Below, in pieces: positions 1 to 11,489 of a stretch of DNA of 64,000 nt. Position 1 is the first letter of the stretch, and each line of letters opens with the position of its first letter. A program made the translations under genes and the position numbers. The notes under the pieces were generated by a model. The model was not told the origin of the DNA. It did not search any database and saw only the letters and a list, made by a program, of their open reading frames with translations. The stretch is from a bacterium (GTDB lineage Bacteria > Electryoneota > Electryoneia > Electryoneales > Electryoneaceae): NCBI GenBank assembly GCA_963675295.2, contig CAXXKJ010000002.1, positions 2,528,001-2,592,000 of the forward strand. Reading direction: 5' to 3'.

Positions 1-722
1 TTGAGATCGAGCAAGAAACCCATCGCCAGCGTGATCATCTGATGACGTGCGGACGGGTCTCCCGGTCCGCCGAGGGTGATGGTTTCGAAATCGTCGCTGA
101 TGAACAGCTTATGGTAGTCTTCCACGCCGAGGAAGGAACGGATGCCGTGCAGGTAACGGAGTTCGATGTAGCCACGATCACGTCCGGCGGGGAAGGACAT
201 GCGGATACCGGCGATGAAGGACAGGTCAACGCCGTTGATGTTTGAGATTGCACGTGACCCGGTGCGCTTTTTACCCGGAATATCGAGCCCGACACCGCTT
301 CCAGTCAGGGTACCGAAGCTGGGTCCGGCGAACAGATGCGGACGTACGTATTCCTTCGGCATCAGGTCCCATTCGAGGAAGACAGGAATTTCGACGTAAT
401 ACATGTAGGGGTTGAATTCACGGACGGCCTGGCCGTCATCACCAATCAGCCGGTAGCCACGACGTCCGAACAGCAACTCGGAGTGCACCGCGAAATTACT
501 GGTCAGGTTGATCGCGCCGGTGATGCCCGCCATCAGGCCGGTGTCCCATTTGCGGGTGTAGTTATCCACGTCGGTCCAGCTGCCCGTAGCGTTGCTCAGG
601 TTGTACCCGACGACAACGCCCCAGTTGAGCGGAGTCTTTTTCCGGACGCGTGCCGAACTGGAGTCCGCGAGCGTCATGAGCAGTATTCCGATAGCCAGCA
701 GTGTGAAACCAACCCGCTTCAC
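1..722 (-). CDS. Outer-membrane beta-barrel protein (PorT/porin-family-like), 3' end runs off the window
   Basis: Not in the ORF track (no stop in window). Manual translation from GTG at 722 (GGAGG upstream): MKRVGFTLLAIGILLMTLADSSSA...WGVVVGYNLSN...HSELLFGRRGY...YYVEIPVFLEW...PHLFAGPSFG...YIELRYLHG; signal peptide plus amphipathic strands. Confidence 0.75.
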   Translation of the reverse strand, partial: MKRVGFTLLAIGILLMTLADSSSARVRKKTPLNWGVVVGYNLSNATGSWTDVDNYTRKWDTGLMAGITGAINLTSNFAVHSELLFGRRGYRLIGDDGQAVREFNPYMYYVEIPVFLEWDLMPKEYVRPHLFAGPSFGTLTGSGVGLDIPGKKRTGSRAISNINGVDLSFIAGIRMSFPAGRDRGYIELRYLHGIRSFLGVEDYHKLFISDDFETITLGGPGDPSARHQMITLAMGFLLDL

Positions 723-924
723 AGGTTCCTCCGTACGCTGAGGATGAACAGGACCGCGAAAGATACAACTCTGAAGCGCCGGGTGGTGGAAAGATGCAGC
801 CGGAGGTCTCAGCGGAGTGAAGGGTTGGAGAACCTGCCGGGAACGCTGAGAGTCCTGACAATTCGTGGTATGCCGGGATGATGTGGCTCCGATCCGAGGC
901 TCGAGGTAGAGGAGCGGGAGTGTA

Positions 925-953
925 TTGCGCAAGTGGGGCTTTTCTTCTACATT
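925..953 (+). promoter_or_regulatory. Sigma70-type promoter of tRNA-Asp
   Basis: TTGCGC-17 bp-TACATT just upstream of the tRNA. Confidence 0.55.
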
Positions 954-976
954 GTGCGTTCGCTGGAAACAGCTAT

Positions 977-1051
977 GGGGCAGTAGCTCAGTTTGGTTAG
1001 AGTATCGGCCTGTCACGCCGAGGGTCGCGGGTTCGAGTCCCGTCTGCCCCG
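977..1051 (+). tRNA. tRNA-Asp(GTC), CCA not encoded
   Basis: GGGGCAG acceptor pairs with CTGCCCC; anticodon arm TCGGC-CTGTCAC-GCCGA; T-loop GGTTCGAGTCC. Confidence 0.97.
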
Positions 1052-1055
1052 CATC

Positions 1056-1089
1056 AAACGCGTCCATCTCCGGGCGCGTTTTTTGTTTG
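1056..1089 (+). terminator. Intrinsic terminator after tRNA-Asp
   Basis: AAACGCGTCC...GGGCGCGTTT hairpin followed by a T-tract. Confidence 0.75.
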
Positions 1090-1256
1090 CACTCCTGCCG
1101 GAATTGGTCTCCCGAATCGTTTTTTTCTGTCAGTAAGTCAGCTTAGATTCCGCGAGCTGTTGGGGATGGAACGATGATTCGTGACCATCACCCCAGCTCG
1201 GTTTTCCTGCTGGAAAACCTATCTGCACGGGTAAGCCTGATTGTAAGGAGGACGCC

Positions 1257-2483
1257 ATGAGCGACGCGACGAAATCCACTCAGTTCATCGATATGGAAGC
1301 GCAGTACGGTGCGCACAACTACCATCCGTTGCCGATTGTGATTGCAAAGGGTGAGGGCGTCTGGGTCTGGGATCCGGACGGCAACAAGTACATGGACTGC
1401 CTCGCGGCGTACAGTGCGTTGAATCAGGGTTACAACCACCCGCGCGTGATGAAGGCCGCCCGTGACCAGATGGAAACCGGCGTCACCCTGACCAGCCGTG
1501 CTTTTTACAATCCGCGCCTCGGTGAGTTCCTCAAGAAGGTCACCGAGATCACCGGTCACAACCGGGTGCTGCCGATGAACACCGGCGCCGAAGCGGTGGA
1601 ATCCGCGATCAAGCTCGCGCGCCGCTGGGGGTATAGCACGAAGGGCGTAGCCGAGGGTAAGGCCGAGATCATCGTCTTCAATGGCAACTTCCACGGCCGC
1701 ACCACGACCATCGTCGGCTTCAGCTCGGATGATGACTACAAGAAGGGATTCGGACCCTTTACGCCGGGCTTCAAGCTGGTCGATTACGGCAACCTCGAGC
1801 AGTTCAAGCAGGCGGTGAACGAGAATACTGTCGCCGTGCTGATCGAGCCGATCCAGGCCGAAGGCGGCATCCTGATTCCGCCGGCGGGTTACCTCAAGGC
1901 AATCAAGGACATGTGCGAAGAGCAACAGATCCTGTTCATGGCTGACGAAATCCAGACCGGTCTTGGCCGTACGGGCAAGATGTTCGCGGTTGAGCATGAG
2001 GGTGTCAAGCCGGACGTGTTCATGCTCGCCAAGGCGATCAGTGGCGGTTTCATGCCGGTGTCGGTGGTAACGGCGGACGAAGAAGTGATGAAGGTATTCG
2101 ATCCGGGTTCACACGGCAGCACATACGGCGGCAATCCGCTCGGCGCGGCGGTCGCGACGGAAGCGATCCAGGTGCTGATCGACGAGAAGTTGCCGGAACG
2201 TGCGACGGAACTTGGCGCGTACTTCGTGGAGAAGCTGAACGCGATCAATAGCCCGCATGTGAAGGAAGTTCGTGCGCGCGGCTTGCTGGTCGGCGTCGAG
2301 ATCAAGCGTGAAAGCGGAGTCGCCCGTCCCTTCTGCGAGAAACTGAAGGAGTACGGCATCCTGGCGAAGGAGACGCACGAGAGCGTGATCCGTTTCGCCC
2401 CGCCGCTGGTGATCACCAAGGAAGAGATCGACTGGGCGCTTGAACGGATCGAGAAGATCCTGACCACCGATGCCCCGGTTTGA
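1257..2483 (+). CDS. rocD: Ornithine--oxo-acid aminotransferase (class III PLP)
   Basis: GAHNYHPLP, LPMNTGAEAVE, NFHGRT, DEIQTGLGRTG, LAKAISGG, HGSTYGGNPL motifs; AGGAGG RBS. Confidence 0.93.
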   Translation: MSDATKSTQFIDMEAQYGAHNYHPLPIVIAKGEGVWVWDPDGNKYMDCLAAYSALNQGYNHPRVMKAARDQMETGVTLTSRAFYNPRLGEFLKKVTEITGHNRVLPMNTGAEAVESAIKLARRWGYSTKGVAEGKAEIIVFNGNFHGRTTTIVGFSSDDDYKKGFGPFTPGFKLVDYGNLEQFKQAVNENTVAVLIEPIQAEGGILIPPAGYLKAIKDMCEEQQILFMADEIQTGLGRTGKMFAVEHEGVKPDVFMLAKAISGGFMPVSVVTADEEVMKVFDPGSHGSTYGGNPLGAAVATEAIQVLIDEKLPERATELGAYFVEKLNAINSPHVKEVRARGLLVGVEIKRESGVARPFCEKLKEYGILAKETHESVIRFAPPLVITKEEIDWALERIEKILTTDAPV

Positions 2484-2506
2484 TCCTGAATTGACCTGAT
2501 GTTACC

Positions 2507-2545
2507 CGTGCCGGACTGTCCTCGTGATAGTCCGGCACGGCGTTT
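2507..2545 (+). terminator. Stem-loop / probable terminator after rocD
   Basis: CCGTGCCGGACT...AGTCCGGCACGG inverted repeat. Confidence 0.55.
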
Positions 2546-2639
2546 ATCCGACACGAACTTTCCCGTATATTGGCCCCGTCCTCGTACCCTGTGAAAATCC
2601 CCGGGTACATCCTTTTTCATCGAACGTGAGACACGATAT

Positions 2640-5198
2640 ATGCGCCGTCAACACACAATCCGGGTGATGCCGTCCCTGCCCGAACCGATTGAACGTCTGC
2701 GGGAACTGGCGTTCGACCTGCACTGGACGTGGAACTACGATGCCATCGACCTCTTCCGCCGTCTCGACCCGTATCACTGGCGAGAGGTTGGGCAGAACCC
2801 GATCCGTCAGATTGCGGAACTGCCGCAGGAGAAGCTTGAGGACGCGGCGAACGATGACGCGTTCCTCAGCCTGCTCGAGAAGGTGATGGAGGAGTTCGAC
2901 GAGTACCGCAGGGACCCGTCCTGGTTCCAGGCGAAGCATCCGGAGATGCAGGACACCCGCATTGCGTACCTCTCGATGGAATTCGGGCTGCATGAGTCGA
3001 TGCCGATTTATTCCGGCGGGCTGGGCATTCTAGCGGGTGACCACCTGAAGGCAGCCAGCGACCTCGCGATTCCGCTGGTCGGTGTTGGCCTGATGTACCG
3101 CCGCGGCTACTTCCGGCAATATCTCAATGCGGACGGCTGGCAGCAGGAAAACTACCCAGTCTACGACACGTTCAACCTCCCGATCACCCAGGTGATGCGT
3201 GAGGATGGTGAACCGATGTCGTTCACGATGGATGTCGGCGGACGGAATGTCATCATCCAGATCTGGCAGCTCAAGGTCGGGCGGATCACACTGTATCTGC
3301 TCGATTCCAGCCATGTGGACAATCATCCTGAGGATCGCCGGATTACGGAAGTGTTGTACGGTGGCGATTCCGAGATGCGCATCCGTCAGGAAATCGTGCT
3401 AGGTATCGGTGGGATGAAGGCGTTGGTCGAACTGGGCATTCAGTGTAGCGTATTCCACATGAACGAGGGGCACAGCGCGTTCCTCGCCCTCGAACGTATC
3501 CGGCGCCGGATGGATGATCACCAGCTGACGTTCAGCGAAGCACGCGAAGCGACGCGTGTTTCGCACGTGTTCACAACGCATACACCAGTCCCGGCCGGCA
3601 TCGACCGTTTCAGCCAGGAATTGATGACGAAGTACTTCAAGGATTTCTGGCCGCAGATCGGGTTGGACCGGAACGCGTTCATGGATCTCGGTGGTGCGAA
3701 TCCGAACGATCCGGCGTCCCCGTTCAACATGGCGACGATGGCGATCAACCTGGCGTCCTACGTGAACGGTGTCAGCAAATTGCACGGCGAGGTGTCGCGC
3801 AAGATGTGGCGTCACCAGTGGCCGTCGCTGGATCTCAACGAAATCCCGATTGATTCGGTGACTAACGGCGTGCATGCCGCGAGCTGGCTGTCGCCGGAGA
3901 TGGTGCACGTTTTCGACCGTTATCTCGGCCCGGACTGGCAGCATGACGACGCCGACAAGGAAATCTGGAACCGGATCGAGAAGATTTCGAACGAGGAGTT
4001 GTGGCGGGCCAAGGAGCGCGCGCGGCAGCGTCTGGTGGTGTTCGCCCGTGATCGTCTCGCGAAGCAGTTGCAGCAGCGTGGCGAATCCCGCGCGACGGTT
4101 GAACAGGCGTACGACGCGCTCGACATGGAAGCGTTCACCATCGGCTTCGCCCGCCGGTTCGCGACCTACAAGCGCGCCAACCTGCTGTTCCGCGACAAGG
4201 AACGGTTGATCCGTTTGCTCCGCGACAATGATCGTCCGGTGCAGTTGATCCTCGCTGGCAAGGCGCACCCGAAGGATGAGCCGGGCAAGAACATCATCCG
4301 TGAGATCATCCACATCGCTCGCGAAGTGGGTGTGCGTGACCGGATCGTGTTCCTCGAGAACTATGACATCAACGTCGCCCGGCACATGGTCCAGGGCGCG
4401 GATATCTGGCTGAACACACCGCGTGTGCCGATGGAAGCGTCCGGCACCTCCGGCATGAAGGCTGTGCTGAACGGTACGATTCACGTGTCAACGTTCGATG
4501 GCTGGTGGGCGGAAGGCTACAGCCCGGAGATCGGCTGGACCATTGGCCACGGCGAGACGTATGACGAGCCGGAAGAGCAGGATCAGATCGAGTCGGAGCT
4601 GCTGTACGATCTGCTCGAAAAGGAAATCGTACCGCTGTTCTATCATCGCAACCAGGGCCGTGTTCCGCGCGACTGGACGGAGATGATGAAGCGCTCGCTG
4701 TTGCGCAACTGCCCGTATTTCAACACCAGCCGCATGCTGCGTGAATACACCGAGAAGGCGTACCTGCCGAACCATCAGCAGTGGAGCACGATGGTCGGTG
4801 ACGATTTCGCGTCGGCGAAAGAGCTCAGCGTCTGGAAGCAGAAGATGTACCAAGGCTGGAACGAAGTTCGTGTCGCGAATGTCAGCCTCGACAGTTCGGG
4901 CAAGCTGAAGGTTGGCGACGAAGTGCTGGTGCAGGCGGGTGTCCATCTGGGTTCGTTGAAGCCGGACGATGTCCAGGTCGAGATCTACATAAGCCGTGAT
5001 CTCGATGATGAGCATACCGAACGCATCCAGCCAATCGCGATGCAGGCGGGTGACAAGCGGGATGATGGCGCGTACGAATATTCCGGCACGTTTGCGTGCC
5101 AGCGTTCGGGCGCGTACACCATGTCGGTACGTGTGCTGCCGCATCATGATTTATTGCGCAGCCCGCACGACCTTCGCTTGATTGCGTGGGAAGAATAG
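2640..5198 (+). CDS. glgP: Alpha-glucan (glycogen/starch) phosphorylase, GT35
   Basis: YSGGLGILAGDHLK, HMNEGH, FARRFATYKR, EASGTSGMK PLP-site motif. Confidence 0.95.
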   Translation: MRRQHTIRVMPSLPEPIERLRELAFDLHWTWNYDAIDLFRRLDPYHWREVGQNPIRQIAELPQEKLEDAANDDAFLSLLEKVMEEFDEYRRDPSWFQAKHPEMQDTRIAYLSMEFGLHESMPIYSGGLGILAGDHLKAASDLAIPLVGVGLMYRRGYFRQYLNADGWQQENYPVYDTFNLPITQVMREDGEPMSFTMDVGGRNVIIQIWQLKVGRITLYLLDSSHVDNHPEDRRITEVLYGGDSEMRIRQEIVLGIGGMKALVELGIQCSVFHMNEGHSAFLALERIRRRMDDHQLTFSEAREATRVSHVFTTHTPVPAGIDRFSQELMTKYFKDFWPQIGLDRNAFMDLGGANPNDPASPFNMATMAINLASYVNGVSKLHGEVSRKMWRHQWPSLDLNEIPIDSVTNGVHAASWLSPEMVHVFDRYLGPDWQHDDADKEIWNRIEKISNEELWRAKERARQRLVVFARDRLAKQLQQRGESRATVEQAYDALDMEAFTIGFARRFATYKRANLLFRDKERLIRLLRDNDRPVQLILAGKAHPKDEPGKNIIREIIHIAREVGVRDRIVFLENYDINVARHMVQGADIWLNTPRVPMEASGTSGMKAVLNGTIHVSTFDGWWAEGYSPEIGWTIGHGETYDEPEEQDQIESELLYDLLEKEIVPLFYHRNQGRVPRDWTEMMKRSLLRNCPYFNTSRMLREYTEKAYLPNHQQWSTMVGDDFASAKELSVWKQKMYQGWNEVRVANVSLDSSGKLKVGDEVLVQAGVHLGSLKPDDVQVEIYISRDLDDEHTERIQPIAMQAGDKRDDGAYEYSGTFACQRSGAYTMSVRVLPHHDLLRSPHDLRLIAWEE

Positions 5199-5219
5199 CG
5201 GACGAGAAGCTACGGGTGG

Positions 5220-5798
5220 ATGATGGCGACTGAACAGCAGATCATGGACAGCAAGCCGGTGCAGACGAAACCGCGCATCCGCTCGTTTGAGTGGTTGCCG
5301 TTCCGCAAGCGCCGCAGCACGCGCGAACAACGCATCCACTCGGTGTTGAGCGAGACACCGCTGTTCCAGGACATCGGACGCCGTGACTGGCAACTGCTGT
5401 CCAACCTGTTTCACGACCGCAAGTATGAGCAGGGCGAAGCCATCTTCGAGAAAGGCATGCCCGGACTCGGGATGTTTGTCATCCTCGATGGGGAAGTGGA
5501 CATTATCGGTGATGGGGAAGAGGACAGCCCCACATTAGCACACCTGTTGTCCGGCGATTTTTTCGGTGAGATGGCGGTGATTCAGGAGGGGGTGCGCAAC
5601 GCGACCGCTGTTGCCACCACGCACTGTGAGGTGATCGGCATTTTTCGGCCGCAGTTGCGTGAACTGCTGAAAGACCGTCCGAAACTCGGCACTCTGCTTT
5701 ATGAACGTCTGGCACGTGTGCTGGCTGAACGCCTGCGTCGTGCTGACGAAATGCTGCTCGAGCTGACTCATCAGATCGACGAGGGCGACGAAGCATGA
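5220..5798 (+). CDS. Cyclic nucleotide-binding domain protein (no obvious HTH)
   Basis: GDFFGEMAVI...RNATAVA cNMP-binding motif. Confidence 0.85.
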   Translation: MMATEQQIMDSKPVQTKPRIRSFEWLPFRKRRSTREQRIHSVLSETPLFQDIGRRDWQLLSNLFHDRKYEQGEAIFEKGMPGLGMFVILDGEVDIIGDGEEDSPTLAHLLSGDFFGEMAVIQEGVRNATAVATTHCEVIGIFRPQLRELLKDRPKLGTLLYERLARVLAERLRRADEMLLELTHQIDEGDEA

Positions 5799-6889
5799 GT
5801 GCTGAATCGGCTGTTCGGTCGAACCAGGGCAACCCGCTGCTACGTCGCCTGTTGGCGTTGGGCTTCGGGCTGTTCTTTCTGGTATTGCTGATCTGGACCT
5901 TCCCGCTCATCAGCGACATCGTTGGCCTGATTGTCATCTCGATTGTCATCAGCTATGCGCTGCGTCCGGTGGTGAACTACCTCGAGATGCACGGTATCAA
6001 TCGTATTGTCAGTATTCTCGTCATCTTCGTCGTGTTTTCAGGATTGATCGGTCTCGTCGCGGCATTCATGGTGCCGAACCTGATCCAACAGCTGAGTGAT
6101 TTCGGCAGAACGGTGAATCAGCTCGATTTCGCCAAGATTCAAAGCGATGTGGTCAACTGGGTTAGCCAATATATCCCGCAGGCTCGAGATATGATGTCGA
6201 TCGAGGGCGGCGGGCAGGATATGATTTTCAATCGCATGCGCGATCTGTTCGCCAGCGGTTTGGAGAAGTCGGCAAATGTGCTCGCAGGTGTGCTCAATGC
6301 ATTCACCCTGCTCAGCATGCTGCCGATTCTCGTGTTTTTCATGCTGAAGGACGGGCGGGCATTCGCGCATGGTTTCATCTCCCGCATGCCGAATCGTTTT
6401 TTCGAGATGACGCTGTCGCTGGTGTACAAGATCAACCGGGCGATTGGTGATTATATCGTCAGCGTGATCATCTCGTCGTTGTTCATCGGCATCCTGACAT
6501 GGGTTGGACTGTTGTTCATCGGGACCAAGTTCGCGCTCGCTCTCGGTGTGATTTCGGCGCTGTTCAACGTGATTCCGTTCTTCGGACCGTTATTGACGAT
6601 GCTCGTCGTGTTTGCCGTGGTGTTGCTGACGGAATCGGCGGTGTTCTGGCCGTTGATCTGGACGGCAGCGCTGATGTTCACGTTGCAGCAGGTGGAATCG
6701 TTCGTCATCAAGCCGATGTTGCTGTCGCATTCGTTGTCGATCCATCCGGCGGTGGTCGTCCTCGTGGTACTCATCGGCGGACGTTACGCCGGCGCAATCG
6801 GGATGTTTATCGCCATCCCGGTCTATTCGATCATTCACATGTTCATTGTTGACCTGTACGGTCACTTGAAGAACTACCGCATCATCTGA
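5795..6889 (+). CDS. AI-2E family (UPF0118) transporter
   Basis: Multi-TM; [29 protein letters not shown]...IHP, GMFIAIP motifs; ATGA overlap with the upstream gene. Confidence 0.85.
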   Translation: MSAESAVRSNQGNPLLRRLLALGFGLFFLVLLIWTFPLISDIVGLIVISIVISYALRPVVNYLEMHGINRIVSILVIFVVFSGLIGLVAAFMVPNLIQQLSDFGRTVNQLDFAKIQSDVVNWVSQYIPQARDMMSIEGGGQDMIFNRMRDLFASGLEKSANVLAGVLNAFTLLSMLPILVFFMLKDGRAFAHGFISRMPNRFFEMTLSLVYKINRAIGDYIVSVIISSLFIGILTWVGLLFIGTKFALALGVISALFNVIPFFGPLLTMLVVFAVVLLTESAVFWPLIWTAALMFTLQQVESFVIKPMLLSHSLSIHPAVVVLVVLIGGRYAGAIGMFIAIPVYSIIHMFIVDLYGHLKNYRII

Positions 6890-6923
6890 ACCGCAGCCAA
6901 CGCGCTGCCACCATGGAACTGAG

Positions 6924-9188
6924 ATGACCCAGGACCCGTTCTCCGGCCAGATACCAACCCCGATGCCATCCGACCCGCCGGTTGACCGCGAGCTCGCGCA
7001 CGCGCACCAACTGACGGACGACGAATACGACCAGATTATCGGCCTGCTCGGCGGACGCACACCGACCTTCACCGAGCTCGGTGTCTATTCGGTGATGTGG
7101 TCGGAGCACGCCAGCTACAAGAATTCGATCCTGCAGTTGAAGACGCTGCCACGCAGCGGTGGAAAGTTGCTTGTCGCGGCGGGCGAAGAGAACGCCGGGC
7201 TGGTGGATATCGGAGATGGTCTCGCGGTTGCGTTCAAGGTGGAAAGCCACAACCACCCGAGCGCGGTAGAACCGTACCAGGGCGCGGCGACAGGCGTCGG
7301 CGGCATCCTGCGTGACGTCTTCACCATGGGCGCGCGTCCGATTGCGTGTTTGAACAGCTTGCGCTTCGGTCCGCCGGAGGATGATCGTGTACGGTACCTG
7401 GTGGACGGGGTCGTGCGTGGCATCGGCGACTACGGCAACTGTGTCGGCATTCCGACGGTCGGCGGCGAAGTGTATTTCGACGAAGCCTACCGTGGCAATC
7501 CGCTGGTCAACGCAATGGCGGTGGGGATTGTCGAACACAACAAGGTGCTGAAGGCGACAGCGGGCACCGAGCCGGGCAATCCGGTGATCTACATCGGTTC
7601 CCGAACCGGCCGGGACGGCATCCACGGCGCGACCTTCGCCAGCGAAGAATTGAGCGAAGAATCCAAGAGCCGCAAGTCGAACGTGCAGGTGGGCGACCCG
7701 TTCACCGAAAAGCTGCTGCTTGAAGCGACGTTGGAACTCGGCAACACCGACGCCCTCGTCGGGATTCAGGACATGGGCGCGGCCGGGTTGACGTGCTCGT
7801 CCTGCGAGATGGCGGGCAAGGACGGCGCGGGCATTTTCCTCGATCTCGATAAGGTCCCGAGGCGTGAAGAGGGCATGACGCCATACGAAGTGCTGCTCAG
7901 CGAAAGCCAGGAACGGATGCTGGTTGTCGCCAAACGTGGACGGGAACAAGAAGTGTTCGATATCGTCCGCCGTTGGGATCTCCAGGCGGTGGAAGTCGGG
8001 TTTGTGACGGATGATGGCCGCATGCGTGCCAGCGCGGACGGCCAGCTGGTGCTGGATATCCCGGTGGATACGCTGGTGCTCGGCGGTGGCGCACCGCAGT
8101 ATGTGCGTGAGGTCGAAGAACCCGCGCCCGCGCCGGCGTTGAGCGTCACCGAGCCGCAGGACTTCAAGAACGCGACGTTACAGCTGCTTGCCAGCCCGAA
8201 TGTCGCCAGCAAGCGGCATGTCTACCGCCAGTATGACCACATGGTTGGTGCGAGCACACGGCTCGAACCGGGCCGTGGCGATGCGGCGCTGGTCCGTGTC
8301 GCCGGCACGAACAAGGTGCTGTCCACCGCAATCGACTGCAACGGACGCCAACTTTCGTTGAATCCGCGGGAAGGTGCGCGCCAGGCGGTGGCGGAATCGT
8401 GCCGCAATGTCGCCTGTACCGGCGCGCAGCCGCTGGGCATCACCAACTGCCTCAACTTCGGCAACCCGTACAAGCCGAAGATGTACTGGACGTTTGTCGA
8501 GGCGGTCGGTGGGATGGGGGAAGCCTGCCGCGCGTTCGGGACACCGGTCACCGGCGGGAACGTGTCGTTTTACAACGAAAACCCGAGCGGCGCGGTGTAT
8601 CCGACGCCGGTCATCGGCGTTGTCGGCCTGGCCGAAGACGCAGAGAAAACCATCGGCATGGGCTTCACCCGGGAGGGCGACGCCATCTTCCTGCTCGGGC
8701 CGGATCGTGCCGGCTGGGCGGGCAGTGAGTGGCAGAATATCACCGAGGGTTCACCGTCCGGCGAACTCACGCCCATTGATCTTGAACTTGAAGCAAAGCT
8801 TCAGGAATTCCTCATCAAGAGCATCAACCGTGGCTGGATCAGCGCGGCGCATGACCTGTCCGACGGCGGTCTGGCGGTGACGTTGTGCGAGATGGCGCTG
8901 ACCAGTCCGAACCGTTCCATCGGCGCGTTACTTGAACGGGAAGAGGACGTGACTGCCTCGTGGTTGTTCGCGGAAGGCCCGTCACGGGTGGTGGTGACGG
9001 TCTCGCCAGAGGTTATGGATGACTTCGAGGAGGCTACCGAGGCGGCCGGGTTGCCCATCGAGTGGATCGGCACCACTGGCGGCCGGGGTGTTGGTTTCCG
9101 TGGCGTGTTCAGCGTGTCATTCGATGAGATGGCGGACGCCTACGACAACGGCCTCGAACGTGCGCTGGGGCTGAAGCCCAACGCCTGA
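6924..9188 (+). CDS. purL: Phosphoribosylformylglycinamidine synthase subunit PurL (small type)
   Basis: [53 protein letters not shown]. Confidence 0.96.
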   Translation: MTQDPFSGQIPTPMPSDPPVDRELAHAHQLTDDEYDQIIGLLGGRTPTFTELGVYSVMWSEHASYKNSILQLKTLPRSGGKLLVAAGEENAGLVDIGDGLAVAFKVESHNHPSAVEPYQGAATGVGGILRDVFTMGARPIACLNSLRFGPPEDDRVRYLVDGVVRGIGDYGNCVGIPTVGGEVYFDEAYRGNPLVNAMAVGIVEHNKVLKATAGTEPGNPVIYIGSRTGRDGIHGATFASEELSEESKSRKSNVQVGDPFTEKLLLEATLELGNTDALVGIQDMGAAGLTCSSCEMAGKDGAGIFLDLDKVPRREEGMTPYEVLLSESQERMLVVAKRGREQEVFDIVRRWDLQAVEVGFVTDDGRMRASADGQLVLDIPVDTLVLGGGAPQYVREVEEPAPAPALSVTEPQDFKNATLQLLASPNVASKRHVYRQYDHMVGASTRLEPGRGDAALVRVAGTNKVLSTAIDCNGRQLSLNPREGARQAVAESCRNVACTGAQPLGITNCLNFGNPYKPKMYWTFVEAVGGMGEACRAFGTPVTGGNVSFYNENPSGAVYPTPVIGVVGLAEDAEKTIGMGFTREGDAIFLLGPDRAGWAGSEWQNITEGSPSGELTPIDLELEAKLQEFLIKSINRGWISAAHDLSDGGLAVTLCEMALTSPNRSIGALLEREEDVTASWLFAEGPSRVVVTVSPEVMDDFEEATEAAGLPIEWIGTTGGRGVGFRGVFSVSFDEMADAYDNGLERALGLKPNA

Positions 9189-9207
9189 ACCCGCATCCGG
9201 AACTGTC

Positions 9208-9882
9208 ATGGCCTCGCCCGCATTCGTCCGGCTGTTCCTTCGTCCGCGCACAACAATGCGCTGGGTGTTGGACGATGATCCCAATTTTGGTGTAACCAGT
9301 ATCTCGGTGGTTGCCGGGATCACGGCGTTCCTGCGTTCCAGCGTGCTGCACGGCCTGCACCCGATGCCCGGCCTCGTCGGCCTGCACCCTCAGCTGGATG
9401 CGATCCTCGCGTATGGTGTTGGCGCCACTCCCAACTATCCTTTATTGATTGCCGCGCTCGGCATTGCGGGTGGACTGTTTGGCGTGCTTGGTATTTACCT
9501 CGGCACACTCCCGCTCTGGATCATCGGTAAAATCTTCGGTGGGCGGGGACGGTATACCGAGGTGCGTTCGGCGCTGGCATGGTCGTTTGTACCCTATTCC
9601 TGGCTGCTACCGATGTGGGTGGGAATGGCGTTTCTTGACGGCGCACAATTGCGGCAGGGTGGGTTCGACTACACATCGTTTTTCCCGCCGGACGGTAGTT
9701 CCGTTATGCTCTGGGTAATGTTCGCTTTGGATTATGCGCTGCGCCTGTTCGCGATGGTGTGGCTGGTGCTGAAACTGAGCGTGGCTCACCGCTTCGAGAT
9801 CTGGAAGGCGATTGTTGTGTCGGCGCTCTCCGGATCTGTCCTCATCTACCTCGTGCCACGGTTCTATTCGCTCGGATTCTGA
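9208..9882 (+). CDS. Yip1-like multi-pass membrane protein
   Basis: N-terminal 'LFLRPRTTMR', about 5 TMs, GKIFGGRG...VRSALAWS pattern. Confidence 0.65.
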   Translation: MASPAFVRLFLRPRTTMRWVLDDDPNFGVTSISVVAGITAFLRSSVLHGLHPMPGLVGLHPQLDAILAYGVGATPNYPLLIAALGIAGGLFGVLGIYLGTLPLWIIGKIFGGRGRYTEVRSALAWSFVPYSWLLPMWVGMAFLDGAQLRQGGFDYTSFFPPDGSSVMLWVMFALDYALRLFAMVWLVLKLSVAHRFEIWKAIVVSALSGSVLIYLVPRFYSLGF

Positions 9883-9927
9883 CCTCGGAACAGCCAGCCA
9901 TTCACGCTCGCAATCCCCACCAGCAGA

Positions 9928-10191
9928 TTACTCTGCGTCAACATGATTGTGGCTGCCGTCGCAGAACGGCTTGTTCTTTGTGTGCTTGCACATGCACAGC
10001 GCGACAGTCTTGTCCTCGTCCAAAGTGAACTTGTGGCTGTGCAGTTCACTCTCTTCCCGGTGGGTGCCATCGCAGAATGGCTGATGGCTGCTGAACCCGC
10101 ACGCGCACCAGTAATACTCGCCGGCCTTGCATTCGATGACCGCGGGCTTGGTGTCTGCGGGACGGGGGGTGGAACGGCGGTCGATCATCAT
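9928..10191 (-). CDS. CDGSH iron-sulfur domain protein (two CDGSH motifs)
   Basis: WCACGFSSHQPFCDGTH and LCMCKHTKNKPFCDGSH; start moved to ATG 10191 with GAGGA RBS. Confidence 0.9.
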   Translation of the reverse strand: MMIDRRSTPRPADTKPAVIECKAGEYYWCACGFSSHQPFCDGTHREESELHSHKFTLDEDKTVALCMCKHTKNKPFCDGSHNHVDAE

Positions 10192-10348
10192 CTTCCTCAC
10201 GCTTGGGTTGTTGAGCAACTGTCCAAATATGCGGGCGAGTCCCGGCAGCGTCAACCGGAAGCATGGGCTCCCGCGTCGAATAGAAACGGCTGCACGCGTT
10301 CGCATGCAGCCGTTTCATCCAACACCAGGGGGTCTGGACAGGAATACC

Positions 10349-10936
10349 TTACTCAGCCTTGTCCAGCTCGGCATCGATCACGATGGTAACATCCTCACCG
10401 ACGAGCAGATTGCCCGCTTCCAGAGCCTTGTTCCAGGTCAGGCCCCAGTCGGTACGGTTGATCACCGCTTCCGCGCTGGCGGCGGCCTTGGTGGTGCCCA
10501 TGAAGTTGATCGGGTCACTCGGACCTTCGACCATCAGCTCGATCTCCTTGGTGACGCCACGAATGGTCAGGTCACCGAGCACCTTCAGCTGCTTCTGGCC
10601 GACGGCGGTGATCTTCTTGCTCTGGAAGGTTATCGTCGGATACTTCTCCGCCCAGAAAAAGTCTTCGCTGCGCAGGTGTCCATCACGCTTCTCGTTGCCC
10701 GTATCAATCGAGTTGACGTTGATCGTCACCTTGACGCTTGACTCGTTCGGATTCTCTGCGTTGTAGTTCAATTCAGCGTCGTAATCGGTGAACTCACCCC
10801 AGACGTTGGTCAAAATGTGCTTGACCTTGAACTTGACGGCGGTATGAGACTTGTCAACCAACCACTCACCAGCGACGGCACCCTGCACGGAAACCAGCGC
10901 AAACGCTACGACGAACAATGCAATGAACTTCTTCAT
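10349..10936 (-). CDS. yceI: YceI family polyisoprenoid-binding periplasmic protein
   Basis: Signal peptide; DKSHTAVKF, SIDTGNEKRDGHLRSEDFF, GDLTIRGVTK. Confidence 0.92.
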   Translation of the reverse strand: MKKFIALFVVAFALVSVQGAVAGEWLVDKSHTAVKFKVKHILTNVWGEFTDYDAELNYNAENPNESSVKVTINVNSIDTGNEKRDGHLRSEDFFWAEKYPTITFQSKKITAVGQKQLKVLGDLTIRGVTKEIELMVEGPSDPINFMGTTKAAASAEAVINRTDWGLTWNKALEAGNLLVGEDVTIVIDAELDKAE

Positions 10937-11004
10937 CTCTTTCTCTCCTCGGTTGCAGTTTTCCTGAAATGGAAATGTTGCTTGGTATCGTTTTAAACTG
11001 CTTG

Positions 11005-11466
11005 TTACTTGTTTTCCACTCTGCCATGAACGCTTTCATTCAGCCGCTGATTAAGGGTTTCGAACTGCGACAGCTCGTCTTCGCTCAGCACTGAAAACGT
11101 GTCCAGCAGCAACTTGTCATGGGCCGGAAGCAGGCTGGAAATCAGCGTTTTCCCGTCATCGGTCAGTCCCACCTGCGACACTCGGCGGTCGCTTTCCACG
11201 CTGCAGCGGGTGACCAGTCCACGTTTCTCGAGATTGTCCACGACGACGGTGATATTTCCCGTTGTGCGCTGGCTGTGTTCCGCCAATTCACGCTGGTTCA
11301 TCGGTCCGTACAGGAATAATGATTCCATCACGGTGAACTGCGTCGAGCTGAGCCGGTTGCCGTCTGTGCGGAGGTCACCGTGGTGCTGCAGTGCTTCGGC
11401 GGTGCAACGCATCGACCGGATCAAATCCCGGATTCGGCTGACCTGTTTGGGACAGGCTTCCTTCAT
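11005..11466 (-). CDS. MarR family transcriptional regulator
   Basis: LSSTQFTVME...GNITVVVDNLEKRGLV...DRRV..V.LT wHTH. Confidence 0.9.
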   Translation of the reverse strand: MKEACPKQVSRIRDLIRSMRCTAEALQHHGDLRTDGNRLSSTQFTVMESLFLYGPMNQRELAEHSQRTTGNITVVVDNLEKRGLVTRCSVESDRRVSQVGLTDDGKTLISSLLPAHDKLLLDTFSVLSEDELSQFETLNQRLNESVHGRVENK

Positions 11467-11489
11467 GGCACGGTCCGTTGTGTATCAAA

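Noticed and set aside
336-881. Plus-strand 181-aa ORF and the many other long antisense ORFs (e.g. 3399-4484, 6882-7949, 43449-44510, 51947-53047, 55573-56871)
   Set aside because: Shadow frames of well-supported opposite-strand genes in GC-rich DNA
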